This document shows positions 50,463 to 59,749 of a DNA stretch of 64,000 bases, one piece after another. A model generated the notes under the pieces. That model did no database searches, was not told the origin of the DNA, and worked only from the letters and a program-made list of their open reading frames with translations. A program made the translations under genes and the position numbers. Each line of letters opens with the position of its first letter. Positions within the stretch are counted from its first letter, which is position 1. The stretch is from Rhodospirillales bacterium (GTDB lineage Bacteria > Pseudomonadota > Alphaproteobacteria > Rhodospirillales > Casp-alpha2): NCBI GenBank assembly GCA_965228915.1, contig OZ245847.1, positions 873,173 through 937,172 of the forward strand, written 5' to 3'.

Positions 50463-50927
50463 ATGAGCGAAACGACATATGAAACCCTGAACCAGCTCGG
50501 CCAGGCGAGCGAGCTGCCGGATAGCCCCGACGCAGCGTCGCTTGAGTGCGTCGAAAACCCGCATCCCGGCACGCGCTATCTGATCCGCTTCACCGCGCCC
50601 GAATTCACCTCGATCTGTCCGGTCACCGGCCAGCCCGACTTTGCGCATCTGGTGATCGATTACGTGCCGGAGAGACGGATCGTCGAGAGCAAATCGCTGA
50701 AGCTCTATCTCGGTAGTTTCCGCAACCATCCGGGCTTTCACGAAAAGTGCACGGTCGACATCGCCCAGAAGATCATCTCGGCGGCGGAACCGCACTGGAT
50801 CCGCATCGGGGGCTACTGGTATCCGCGCGGCGGCATCCCCATCGATGTGTTCTATCAGTCGGGCGAACCACCCAAGGGATTGTGGCTGCCGGACCAGGGC
50901 GTCCAGCCCTACCGCGGCCGGGGCTGA
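50463..50927 (+). CDS. queF: NADPH-dependent 7-cyano-7-deazaguanine reductase (short, unimodular type)
   Basis: [15 protein letters not shown] (catalytic Cys), [10 protein letters not shown] QueF motif, FHE and PRGGIPID. Confidence 0.95.
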   Translation: MSETTYETLNQLGQASELPDSPDAASLECVENPHPGTRYLIRFTAPEFTSICPVTGQPDFAHLVIDYVPERRIVESKSLKLYLGSFRNHPGFHEKCTVDIAQKIISAAEPHWIRIGGYWYPRGGIPIDVFYQSGEPPKGLWLPDQGVQPYRGRG

Positions 50928-50939
50928 TCAGCGAACACC

Positions 50940-51105
50940 CGTCATCCCGGACGTTAGGTAAGCCCGCAACCGAGAGGAATGCGGGGGCGAACCTTACGAT
51001 CCGGGACCCATGGCTCAGCCTGGGACGTGTTCGAATGTGGGTCCCGGGTCACGGACGGCCCTGACCAAATCAAAGATTTGGAGGCCCGGCGCGCCCGGGA
51101 TGACG
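50940..51105. repeat. CGTC-type REPIN-like element, copy B
   Basis: Perfect 11-bp terminal inverted repeat CGTCATCCCGG/CCGGGATGACG; same internal stems as copy A. Confidence 0.8.
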
Positions 51106-51122
51106 CTGGCAAACAACACACG

Positions 51123-51215
51123 CGTCACCCTGAACTTGATTTGGGGTCCATGCTTCGAGACGAATGCTGCGCATCCTTCTCAGCATGAGATGGGGCCTGA
51201 GTAGAGTTCAGGACG
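51123..51215. repeat. Second REP family (CGTCACCCTGAACTTG) with a nested third-family unit
   Basis: Left arm CGTCACCCTGAACTTGATTTGGGGTCCA, degenerate right arm TGGGGCCTGAGTAGAGTTCAGGACG. The interior TGCTTCGAGACG-AATGCTGCGCAT-CCTTCTCAGCATGAG resembles another common alphaproteobacterial repeat. Confidence 0.55.
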
Positions 51216-51238
51216 ATGGGAATCAGGAGGCTCGGCAT

Positions 51239-51286
51239 CCCCTCTCCCTCGGGAGAGGGTGGCGCCATTAGGCGCCGGGTGAGGGG
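51239..51286. repeat. CCCCTCACC-family REP half unit
   Basis: CCCTCTCCC-TC-GGGAGAGGG, GGCGCC-ATTA-GGCGCC, then GGGTGAGGGG; matches the 3' half of 5447-5554. Confidence 0.65.
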
Positions 51287-51292
51287 CCGGGG

Positions 51293-51649
51293 TTAATCCC
51301 CCCGATACGTGCACCCCGCCGTGCAGGTTTCCCAGAGTTTGACTTCCGAGAGCCGCGGCAGGACCGGTTTCAGTTCCGCCCAGATCCACTTGGCGATCAC
51401 TTCCGAGGTCGGATTCTCGAGCCCCGGAATGTCGTTCAGATAGTGATGGTCGAGGCGCTCCCAGATCGGGTTGAACGCCTTTTTAATCTCGGCGAAGTCC
51501 ATCACCCAGCCGGTGTGCGCGTCGACCGGCCCCTCGACCGCGAGGCGCACGCGAAAGCTGTGGCCGTGCAGGCGGCGGCATTTGTGGCCTTCGGGCGTGT
51601 TCGGCAGGTCGTGCGCCGCTTCGAACGTGAATTCCTTGAAAATTTCCAT
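51293..51649 (-). CDS. queD: 6-carboxy-5,6,7,8-tetrahydropterin synthase
   Basis: [21 protein letters not shown] and ENPTSE motifs. Confidence 0.95.
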   Translation of the reverse strand: MEIFKEFTFEAAHDLPNTPEGHKCRRLHGHSFRVRLAVEGPVDAHTGWVMDFAEIKKAFNPIWERLDHHYLNDIPGLENPTSEVIAKWIWAELKPVLPRLSEVKLWETCTAGCTYRGD

Positions 51650-51671
51650 CGTCTTTCCGATTGCCGGCCCC

Positions 51672-52307
51672 TCAGGGGATGCCCAGCACCTTATGGGTTT
51701 GCAGGCTCAGCCGCCAGCGCGGATGCGCCCGGCAGTACTCGATACAGGCTTCGGTATTCTTCGCCGTGTCCGGTCCGTCCATCGGCTGTAAAAGGAAATG
51801 CTCGAACGCCAGCCCTTCGAAGCGTTCCGGCATGGCCTCGGCCTGCGGGTAGACCAGCTTCAGTTCATGCCCGCTGAGTTGTTTCAGTTCCGCATCCGAT
51901 TTCGGGCTGACGCAGATCCAGTCGATGCCTTCAGGGACGGCGATTGTGCCGTTGGTCTCGACCGCGATCTCGAAGCCGCGGGCATGCAGCGCTTCGATGA
52001 GAGCGTCGTCCAACTGCAACAGCGGCTCGCCGCCCGTCATCACGACGAAGCGCGGGCCCGCCCCGTTGCCGGCCCATTTCTCCGCCACGGCATCGGCGAG
52101 CGCGTCGGCGGTCCTGAACGATCCCCCGCCCTCCCCGTCCGTGCCGACGAAATCGGTGTCGCAAAACGTGCAGACGGCGGCGTCGCGGTCCTGCTCGCGA
52201 CCGGTCCAGAGATTGCAGCCGGCAAAGCGCAGAAAGACCGCGGCGCGGCCGGCCTGCCGCCCCTCGCCTTGCAGCGTATAGAAGATCTCTTTGACCTGGT
52301 ACGTCAT
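51672..52307 (-). CDS. queE: 7-carboxy-7-deazaguanine synthase (radical SAM, CX14CX2C type)
   Basis: [44 protein letters not shown] and LSLQTHK motifs. Confidence 0.95.
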   Translation of the reverse strand: MTYQVKEIFYTLQGEGRQAGRAAVFLRFAGCNLWTGREQDRDAAVCTFCDTDFVGTDGEGGGSFRTADALADAVAEKWAGNGAGPRFVVMTGGEPLLQLDDALIEALHARGFEIAVETNGTIAVPEGIDWICVSPKSDAELKQLSGHELKLVYPQAEAMPERFEGLAFEHFLLQPMDGPDTAKNTEACIEYCRAHPRWRLSLQTHKVLGIP

Positions 52308-52346
52308 GGGGGCGGGTTTTACGCCGATTGCCCGCCGGCATCAATC

Positions 52347-53117
52347 TTAATGCCGCCCGCTCCAGTCCGGGCGCGGCTCGCCCTTCGCCTGCATCTGTTT
52401 TTCCGTGTAGAAGGCGTCGGCAAAGATATCGTGCTTGGGTACAGATTTGAGCGCCAGCATCTTGACGCTGGCATCGACCATCACCGGCGGCCCGGCGATA
52501 TAGCACTGGAACCCGTAGAGAAGCTGGAAGTCCGCGGCGACGGCGTCGGACACGAGCCCGCTGCGCCGCCCCGAATTCTCCTTCGGTTCGGAAATCACGG
52601 TCACGAATCTGAAGTTCGGATGATCGTGGGTCAATTTGATGAAATGCCGCTCCAGATAGAGCTCGGTTTCGTCTTTGACGCCGAAATAGAGATGCACGTC
52701 TTGTTTGAGGTCCGACGCCAGCGCCGCCTCGACGATGGCCTTCATCGGCGCCAGCCCGGTGCCGCCGGCGATCGCCAGCAGTGGGCCGTCGTGCCGGGCG
52801 CGGAAATACGCACCGCCGAACGCGCCCTGCACGTCGACCGGATCGCCGGGCTTGAGGTCGTCGCAGATGAAATCGCTGACCCCGCCGGCGCCCGAACGCC
52901 GGATATGCAATTCGATCGCCCCCGAGCCCGGCGCGTTGGCGATGGAATAGTCGCGCGGTTCCTGATCGCAGATCCTGAAGCTCGCGTACTGGCCCGCGCG
53001 CCAGTCGAACAATTCGCCCGACGCCGGTTCGATCCTGATGATGCGGACCTCGGGCGACGCGGTCTCGACCGCCGCCACCCGGCACGCGACGATATCGCCG
53101 GACGTCGCCCCGCTCAT
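52347..53117 (-). CDS. FAD/NAD(P)-binding oxidoreductase (FNR/Fre-like, no 2Fe-2S domain)
   Basis: RDYSIAN (FAD), AGGTGLAPM (NAD) and YIAGPPVMV motifs; 256 aa. Confidence 0.85.
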   Translation of the reverse strand: MSGATSGDIVACRVAAVETASPEVRIIRIEPASGELFDWRAGQYASFRICDQEPRDYSIANAPGSGAIELHIRRSGAGGVSDFICDDLKPGDPVDVQGAFGGAYFRARHDGPLLAIAGGTGLAPMKAIVEAALASDLKQDVHLYFGVKDETELYLERHFIKLTHDHPNFRFVTVISEPKENSGRRSGLVSDAVAADFQLLYGFQCYIAGPPVMVDASVKMLALKSVPKHDIFADAFYTEKQMQAKGEPRPDWSGRH

Positions 53118-53899
53118 GACGGATCGTCCACGGACCCGCGCGCGGCATGGCGGCCGCCCTCGCTCGGGTAGCGGTTGAGGCCGCGCGGCCGTTCATGGAT
53201 CGCATCCAACGCGCGCTTGCGTTTCGGTTCGACAGCGACCGGCTGCGCGTACATCTGCTTGACCGCCTCGATCATCACCACGCCTGCGGCGGCCGGGAAC
53301 AGCTTCATGCCGATTTTCTCCCACGCCGAGGCGGACCCCTGCAGTAGCGCGATATCGACAGGTGGGACGAACAATGCGCGGGTGCTTTCGACCGGCATGA
53401 ACATGTTGTCCCTGAGAAGTCTTGAGAGCTGACTTCTGGAATACGGCCGGCCATTGCCGAGCGGCGTCGATTCGAACCTGGCCCAGAGTCCGCGCCGGTT
53501 CGGCACGACGATGACCAGCCGCCCGGAATCCGCCAGCACCCGCCACGCTTCGCGTAAAAGCGGACGCACCTGTTCGGTGCACTCCAGCGCGTGCACGATC
53601 AGGATACGGTCCATGCTGAGATCGGGTAGCGGCAGGTCGGTCTCGTCGGCGAGCATGGTGAGCCCGCGCTCGCGCACCGGCCAGTGCATCACCCCCTGCC
53701 CCGCCGGCATGGCGGCGATGACGCGCGCGGCCTCGCCCCGGAACATATTCAGATAAGGGGTCGCGAAGCCGAGCCCGAGCACGCCCAGGCCTGTCACGTC
53801 GGGCCAAAGCTGGCGCAGGCGGCGGCGCACCATGCGCTGCGCCGTGCGCCCCAGACGGCGGGCGTAGAATTCCCTCAGATCGACGACATCGGACCACAT
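53114..53899 (-). CDS. Class I SAM-dependent methyltransferase (YafS-like, type 11)
   Basis: FYARRLG, VLGLGFATPYL, MPAGQGVMHWP, VHALE and VPNRRGLWAR motifs. Confidence 0.85.
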   Translation of the reverse strand: MWSDVVDLREFYARRLGRTAQRMVRRRLRQLWPDVTGLGVLGLGFATPYLNMFRGEAARVIAAMPAGQGVMHWPVRERGLTMLADETDLPLPDLSMDRILIVHALECTEQVRPLLREAWRVLADSGRLVIVVPNRRGLWARFESTPLGNGRPYSRSQLSRLLRDNMFMPVESTRALFVPPVDIALLQGSASAWEKIGMKLFPAAAGVVMIEAVKQMYAQPVAVEPKRKRALDAIHERPRGLNRYPSEGGRHAARGSVDDPS

Positions 53900-54018
53900 G
53901 CGCCCGAGATTAGAACCTTTCCACCATCAGGTCATCCCCGCCGAAAGCGGGTAGTGACATCCCCCGCCAAATCACCATATAGCTGAAAGAGATGATTATA
54001 ACGCCTGGGGAGGGCACC

Positions 54019-54636
54019 ATGAAGCTTCGCTATTCACCGACATCACCTTATGTGCGCAAGGTTTCCATCACCGCCATCGAGACCGGCCTCGCCGACAAGA
54101 TCGAGCGCGTCACCACCGATCCGTGGTCGGCGGAAACCGACCTCGGCAACTCCAACCCGATCGGCAAGGTGCCGTGCCTGATCACCGACGACGGCATGGC
54201 GATCTATGACAGCCCGGTGATCTGCGAATATCTCGACAGTTTGAATACCGGCGAAAAGCTGATCCCGGCCGCGGGCGATGCGCGCTTCAAGGCGCTGACC
54301 CTTGCCGCCGCCGCCGACGGCATGCTGGACGCGGGTGTTCTGTTGCTGATCGAGACCAAGCGCCGCCCGGGTGAACTGAAATGGGACTGGTGGGCGGAAC
54401 GCCAGACCAGCGTTATCAACCGCTGCATGGATGTCTGCGACGCCGCCGCCGACAACCTGGCGACCACCGACGGCCCGATCACCATTGCCGAAGTCGCGAT
54501 CGGCGCCGGGCTCGGCTGGATCGACCTGCGCTTCCCTGATTTCGGCTGGCGCAACGACCGGCCGGCGCTCGCCGACTGGTTCGACAAGATTTCCGACCGT
54601 CCATCGTTCGTTGAGACGGTGCCGAAACCGGCTTAA
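54019..54636 (+). CDS. Glutathione S-transferase family protein
   Basis: YSPTSPYVRKV, NPIGKVPCL and YDSPVICEYLD motifs; GGAGGG RBS before ATG 54019. Confidence 0.9.
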   Translation: MKLRYSPTSPYVRKVSITAIETGLADKIERVTTDPWSAETDLGNSNPIGKVPCLITDDGMAIYDSPVICEYLDSLNTGEKLIPAAGDARFKALTLAAAADGMLDAGVLLLIETKRRPGELKWDWWAERQTSVINRCMDVCDAAADNLATTDGPITIAEVAIGAGLGWIDLRFPDFGWRNDRPALADWFDKISDRPSFVETVPKPA

Positions 54637-55346
54637 GTCAAATCCGGAAAATATCGTGCCGTGATACGCCGGGCGTACGTGACGAGGTTCGCGTGCGCCC
54701 GCGCCGCTTCGGTGAACGGCGTATCGAGCTCGATCTCCGTCATGTTGACGACGAAGGCATAGACCGCCGTATCGATACTGCGGATCTTCTCGCCGTGCAC
54801 ATAGGGGCCGTCGCCGACGATATGGGCGAGCGCGGCGAGGTCGCGTTTCGCCATCGCCAGGATTTCATCCGGCGTGTGCCGCCCCGTGCCCTGTTCCCAT
54901 AGCTGTTTTCCGACGGCGCGCTGGGCGAAGAATTTGATGACCGGGCGCATCGGCGCCGGCATGCCGCCGAAGAAGGTGTGCGAGATCACCGGCCAGCCCG
55001 CCCCGAGCCAGCGGTCCCAAACCGCATACCAGTAGAGCCGTTCGTCGCACATCGCCCAGACCGCCTGATCGTAGGCGCGTTCGCGGTCCGATAATCCATC
55101 GTCCAGATCGATACCGCGCGTCTTCGTCAGATGCTCGATGATCAGGGTACTGTCGCCCATCGGTTTATCATCGATGACGACGTAGGGTATCTTCTTCTTC
55201 GGCGCGGACTGCGGCATCATCTGGTCGCGGACGACGTAATCGATACCGGCGAGCTTCAGCCACAGTTCGAGCTTGAGACAGAACGGCGACGCGTTGGCGA
55301 CGCCGAGCTTGCGCGGAAACTGCACCAGGGTGATCGGATCGCTCAT
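54633..55346 (-). CDS. GST-fold protein, metaxin/FAX-like subgroup
   Basis: NASPFCLKLELWL, APKKKIPYV, MGDSTLIIEHL and DTAVYAF motifs; start MSDPITL. Confidence 0.82.
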   Translation of the reverse strand: MSDPITLVQFPRKLGVANASPFCLKLELWLKLAGIDYVVRDQMMPQSAPKKKIPYVVIDDKPMGDSTLIIEHLTKTRGIDLDDGLSDRERAYDQAVWAMCDERLYWYAVWDRWLGAGWPVISHTFFGGMPAPMRPVIKFFAQRAVGKQLWEQGTGRHTPDEILAMAKRDLAALAHIVGDGPYVHGEKIRSIDTAVYAFVVNMTEIELDTPFTEAARAHANLVTYARRITARYFPDLT

Positions 55347-56242
55347 ATCGTTCTCCGCCGTTTCAGGAGTTCCTTGGACGCCAGCAGCGCGCCACCGACG
55401 ATCAGAACACACCCGACGGCGACATACCATGTCGCATCGCCCTTGCCGAACGCGATCAGCACGATCGTCGAGATCAGTGGCGCCGCATAGGCCATTGCCC
55501 CCAGTACCTGAATGTCGCCGTGCTTGGTGCCGTAATCCCAGGTGAAGAACGCCGCGCCCACGGGGCCGAGCCCGAGGCCGATCACGCCCAGCCACTCCAT
55601 ATAATCCGCGGGCCAGATCGTCTGCTCGAACATCATGTGACAGATCGTCGCGAGGATCGCCGTCGCCGCGCAGAAGCCGCCGACGGTATCCGTCGGCACA
55701 TGCCCGAAGCGGCGATTGGTGATCGAATAGCTCGACCACGTCAGCGAACATAAAACCGCGAAAGCGTAACCGACCGCGAACTCGCTTTTGAAGCCGGAAA
55801 GGCCGCGCCCGCCGGTAATCAGGAGCGCCGCGCCGATCAGCCCCGCGACCGCGCCCGCGACGTGCCACCATCTGAGCCGCTCGCCCGGCAGCAACGCCGA
55901 ACCGACGACAATCAACAGCGGCCACATGTAGGCGATCAGGCCGGCCTCGACCGGCGGCGCGTTCTTCAACGCCATGAAATAGAAAAAGTGATAGCCGAAC
56001 AGCCCACAGGTGCCGAGCGCCCAGGCGCCCACGGGCTGACGCATATAAGCAGCGACGTTCTCGCGCCGGACGATCCACTTAACAATGACGAACGCGGTGG
56101 CGATGCCGAACGACATGGCGGCGAGCTGGAACGCCGGGATCTCGCCGGTCAGCGTCGTGAATAGCGCCAACAGCCCCCACATCAGGACCGCCGTCGACCC
56201 GATCAGCGTCGCTTTGACCGTATGTGCGTCCCTGGCCGCCAT
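55343..56242 (-). CDS. DMT/EamA transporter, YddG-like
   Basis: AVLMWGLLA, LFGYHFFYF, AYMWPLLIV and WDYGTKHGD motifs; start MAARDAH. Confidence 0.85.
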   Translation of the reverse strand: MAARDAHTVKATLIGSTAVLMWGLLALFTTLTGEIPAFQLAAMSFGIATAFVIVKWIVRRENVAAYMRQPVGAWALGTCGLFGYHFFYFMALKNAPPVEAGLIAYMWPLLIVVGSALLPGERLRWWHVAGAVAGLIGAALLITGGRGLSGFKSEFAVGYAFAVLCSLTWSSYSITNRRFGHVPTDTVGGFCAATAILATICHMMFEQTIWPADYMEWLGVIGLGLGPVGAAFFTWDYGTKHGDIQVLGAMAYAAPLISTIVLIAFGKGDATWYVAVGCVLIVGGALLASKELLKRRRTI

Positions 56243-56288
56243 GGTCCCCTCCTCACTTAAGCCGACGCTGTTTACAACCAAGCGCGGC

Positions 56289-56319
56289 AAATAAAAAGGG
56301 CGGCGCAAGCGCACCGCCC
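56289..56319 (-). terminator. Intrinsic terminator after phaB
   Basis: Minus strand GGGCGG-TGCGCTTGCG-CCGCCC followed by TTTTTATTT. Confidence 0.75.
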
Positions 56320-56352
56320 GGAGGTCTTTGTCTTTTATTTGGATGTTTCGAA

Positions 56353-57078
56353 TCAGTCCAGATAAAGCCCGCCGTTGGCCGACAGCGTCGATCCGGTGAT
56401 GAAGCCGGCATCGTCGGCGGCGAGGAACACGACGCAGCGCGCGATCTCTTCCGGCTCGCCCAGTCGCCCGACCGGCACCTGTGGGAGGATGTTGTTCTTG
56501 AGCACCTCTTCAGGGACGGCCAGCACCATTTCGGTGGCGATGTAGCCGGGCGCGATGGCGTTGACGGTAATCCCCTTCGATGCGGTCTCGAGCGCCAGCG
56601 CCTTGGTGAAACCGAGTTCGCCCGCTTTTGCGGCGGCGTAGTTGGTCTGGCCGAACTGACCCTTCTGACCGTTCACCGACGAGATGTTGATGATGCGGCC
56701 GAAGCCCCGTTCGCGCATGCCGTCGATGACGTTCCGGCACATGTTGAACAGACCGTTGAGGTTGGTGCCGATCACCGCGCCCCACTGATCCTTGTCCATT
56801 TTATGAAGCGGGCGGTCGCGGGTGATGCCCGCGTTGTTGACCAGGACCTCGATCGGGCCGATGTCGCTTTCGATGCTTTTGATCGCCGCCTGACAGGCGT
56901 CGAAGTCGCCGACGTCGAATTTGTAAACGGCGACGCCGGTTTCTTCCTTGAACGCATTCGCCGCGTCGTCGTTGCCGGCATAGCTCGCGACGACGTTGTA
57001 ACCGGCATCCTTCATGGCAAGCGAGATGGCCTTACCGATACCGCGCGTGCCGCCCGTAACCAGTGCTACTCTGGACAT
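56353..57078 (-). CDS. phaB: Acetoacetyl-CoA reductase
   Basis: VTGGTRGIG, NNAGITRD, SSVNGQKGQFGQTNYAAAK and PGYIATEMV motifs. Confidence 0.96.
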   Translation of the reverse strand: MSRVALVTGGTRGIGKAISLAMKDAGYNVVASYAGNDDAANAFKEETGVAVYKFDVGDFDACQAAIKSIESDIGPIEVLVNNAGITRDRPLHKMDKDQWGAVIGTNLNGLFNMCRNVIDGMRERGFGRIINISSVNGQKGQFGQTNYAAAKAGELGFTKALALETASKGITVNAIAPGYIATEMVLAVPEEVLKNNILPQVPVGRLGEPEEIARCVVFLAADDAGFITGSTLSANGGLYLD

Positions 57079-57130
57079 GATGCTTCCTCCGTTGCGTGCC
57101 GCTTATGTTGCGGCGTTTTACCCCCCGAGA

Positions 57131-57153
57131 GGGCGGCGACCGTGACGCCGCCC
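57131..57153. other. Hairpin between phaA and phaB
   Basis: GGGCGGCG-ACCGTGA-CGCCGCCC 8-bp stem. Confidence 0.5.
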
Positions 57154-57169
57154 GTCCCAGTCGTTCAGC

Positions 57170-58345
57170 TTAGTCGCGTTCGACGCACATGGCGATGCCC
57201 ATGCCGCCGCCGATGCAGAGCGTCGCCAGACCCTTTTTCGAGTCGCGCTTCTGCATTTCGTGCAGCAAGGTCACCAGCACCCGCGCCCCCGATGCGCCGA
57301 TCGGGTGGCCGAGCGCGATGGCGCCGCCGTTGACGTTCACTTTTTCGATGTCCCAGCCCATGTCCTTGTTGACGGCGCAGGCCTGGGCGGCGAAGGCTTC
57401 GTTGGCTTCGATCAGGTCTAGGTCGTCAACGGTCCAGCCGGCCTTTTCGAGGGCCATGCGGCTGGCCGGGATCGGGCCCGTCCCCATGATCGCCGGATCG
57501 ACGCCCGCGGTCGCCCACGACTTGATGCGGGCCAGGACCGGCGCGCCGCGCTTTTCGGCGTTGTCCGCGCTCATCAGCACCACGGCGGCGGCGCCGTCGT
57601 TGATGCCCGACGCATTGCCGGCGGTCACGGTGCCTTCTTTATCGAAAGCGGGACGCAGCTTGGCGAGGCTCTCCACCGTCGTGCCGTGCTTCGGGTGCTC
57701 GTCGGTGTCGACCACGGTTTCACCCTTGCGGGAGGTGATGGTGACGGGGACGATCTCGTCCTTGAACTTGCCTTCCTTCTGCGCGGCTTCGGCTTTTTGC
57801 TGCGACGCGGCGGCAAAGGCGTCCTGTTCGTCGCGGGTGAGCTGCCACTTCTGGGCCACGTTCTCGGCGGTGTTGCCCATGTGGTAGCCGGCGAAGGCGT
57901 CCATCAGGCCGTCGCGCAGCATGGTGTCGAGCAGTTCGCCCGAGCCCATCTTCACGCCGTTGCGGAGATGCATGACGTGCGGCGCCTGGCTCATGCTTTC
58001 ATGGCCGCCAGCGACGACGATGTCGCTGTCGCCCATCTTGATGGCCTGATAGCCGAGCGCGACCGTGCGCAGGCCCGAACCGCAAAGCTGGTTGATGCCG
58101 TAGGCGGTCTTTTCCTGCGGGATGCCGGCGCCCATGGCGGCCTGGCGGGCCGGGTTCTGACCGCCGCCGGCGGCCAGGATCTGCCCCATGATCACTTCGG
58201 AAACGTCGTCCGGGCTGACGCCGGCGCGGTTCAGCGCCTCCTTGATGGCGATTTCGCCGAGCGAAGAGGCGGCGAGCGAGCTGAGCCCGCCCAGGAACGC
58301 GCCAACCGGGGTACGGGCGGCGCCGGTAATTACAACTTCAGTCAT
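57170..58345 (-). CDS. phaA: Acetyl-CoA acetyltransferase (biosynthetic thiolase)
   Basis: [31 protein letters not shown] and LCIGGG motifs; followed by phaB. Confidence 0.96.
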   Translation of the reverse strand: MTEVVITGAARTPVGAFLGGLSSLAASSLGEIAIKEALNRAGVSPDDVSEVIMGQILAAGGGQNPARQAAMGAGIPQEKTAYGINQLCGSGLRTVALGYQAIKMGDSDIVVAGGHESMSQAPHVMHLRNGVKMGSGELLDTMLRDGLMDAFAGYHMGNTAENVAQKWQLTRDEQDAFAAASQQKAEAAQKEGKFKDEIVPVTITSRKGETVVDTDEHPKHGTTVESLAKLRPAFDKEGTVTAGNASGINDGAAAVVLMSADNAEKRGAPVLARIKSWATAGVDPAIMGTGPIPASRMALEKAGWTVDDLDLIEANEAFAAQACAVNKDMGWDIEKVNVNGGAIALGHPIGASGARVLVTLLHEMQKRDSKKGLATLCIGGGMGIAMCVERD

Positions 58346-58477
58346 GGGTCTCTCCCTTTGTCATGCTTCCAGAACAGCCGGTCTTAGGGACCGGGTAACC
58401 TTGCGGCCGTTCGGGCCGCTTAACCGTAATTTTGGTGGGGTCATACGCGAAATCAGCGTCGCCCGCAACAGCTATTT

Positions 58478-58508
58478 TGCACTGCAACATATTTATTGCA
58501 CTGCAGCA
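58478..58508. promoter_or_regulatory. Two PhaR-type boxes upstream of phaA
   Basis: Direct repeats TGCACTGCAACA (58478-58489) and TGCACTGCAGCA (58497-58508) match the TGC-N-GCA type PhaR consensus as I recall it. Confidence 0.65.
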
Positions 58509-59749
58509 ATCCATGTACTCAGCGGCGCGTACAGCGTCGCCTGGGCGCGCGAGCCCGCGACCATGCCGATATGCCCCGCGTTCGCCTTGATGAGCGTGAC
58601 ATCTGGCAGCAGTTCTGCCAAGGGGGCAGCCGACGCCGGCGGCACGATCGTGTCGTGATCGGGGATCACGACGAGCGCCGGGATCTCGAGACGTCCCGGA
58701 TCGAGGGGCGTTCCCCCGCTCTGCCATGTGCCCTTCATCGGCGCGTTGTTCACATACCAATCCTCCAGACACTCGACCGCGACCGGTCCCGCGAGCGGTA
58801 CGCCGTCGTTGAGCCAGTCTTCGAGCAGAATGAAGGATCGCGCTTCCTTTCCTTCCGGTTTCATCGCCGCGAAGCGGCGGAACTTTCTGATCACGTTCCC
58901 CGGATCGCGGCTCGAGAACATCGCCTGGATCACGTCAACCGGCAGGTTGCCGACGGTCGCGATCAACTGCTTCAAACCCGGCAGCATCGCCGTCAGCATC
59001 GCCGTCGCCGATACCGGCATGGCGTGGAAATCCCAGGGCGTCGCCAGCAGCGCCATGGCGCGGATTTTTTCCGGCGCCCGGTGCGCCAGCGCCAACGCCA
59101 GGTTGCCGCCCATGCAATAGCCCGCTATCACCGGGTTCTCGCCCGTGGTCTCGATCACGTGGTCGCGGATCCGCTCCAGCCGGTCGACATAATGGTCGAT
59201 GGTGAAGCGCATTTCTTCCGCGCCCGGCGTGTCCCAATCCACCAGATATGTGTCGTGGCCCGCGCCTGCAAGATACCGCACAAGGCTGTGATCGTTGTCG
59301 AGGTCGAGGATATGCGCCCGGTTGACCAGCGACGGGATCAGGATCACCGGCCGTCCCGACGCTTCGGCGCGCAACACCCGGGTCGTCCCCTCCCACCAGG
59401 TTTCCGGGAGCGCCGGCAACGCGATCGGTCTTGCGGCTTCGGCAAAGCGGTTGACGCCCTCGGCGAAGGCGCTGACCCGCGCGCCGATTTCCTTATTCAG
59501 GGCATCGGCGAAAGCGTCGGCGTCAACCTTTTCGAGGTTTTCCCGGAGCGATCTTGCCCGCGGGGCCAGAGAGTCCTTCCAGACGAGCGAGCCGTCTTTC
59601 AAGCTCGGCAACGCGCAAAGCGAGCTCGTGAACATCAGGTTCTGGATCGCCAGATGCAGGGCCAGCGGCCGGGGTGCCGTCGGCGTTTCCGTCATCGCCC
59701 CGAACATCTTCGCCATCGCCTGCATCGGTGCCGTCCCGTTCGTTTCCAT
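58493..59749 (-). CDS. PhaC-like alpha/beta hydrolase (class III-type PHA synthase family)
   Basis: LIPSLVNRAHILDL, VDW, GYCMGG (catalytic Cys box), TPWDFH, DTIVP (Asp) and GHIG (His). The start is uncertain: in-frame ATGs lie at 59749, 59725, 59716, 59707 and 59695. Confidence 0.82.
   Translation of the reverse strand: METNGTAPMQAMAKMFGAMTETPTAPRPLALHLAIQNLMFTSSLCALPSLKDGSLVWKDSLAPRARSLRENLEKVDADAFADALNKEIGARVSAFAEGVNRFAEAARPIALPALPETWWEGTTRVLRAEASGRPVILIPSLVNRAHILDLDNDHSLVRYLAGAGHDTYLVDWDTPGAEEMRFTIDHYVDRLERIRDHVIETTGENPVIAGYCMGGNLALALAHRAPEKIRAMALLATPWDFHAMPVSATAMLTAMLPGLKQLIATVGNLPVDVIQAMFSSRDPGNVIRKFRRFAAMKPEGKEARSFILLEDWLNDGVPLAGPVAVECLEDWYVNNAPMKGTWQSGGTPLDPGRLEIPALVVIPDHDTIVPPASAAPLAELLPDVTLIKANAGHIGMVAGSRAQATLYAPLSTWIAAVQ

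Noticed and set aside
49574-51286. CRISPR array or integron attC sites
   Set aside because: There are too few units, no regular repeat-spacer period and no cas or intI gene. The units are self-complementary REP-type elements.
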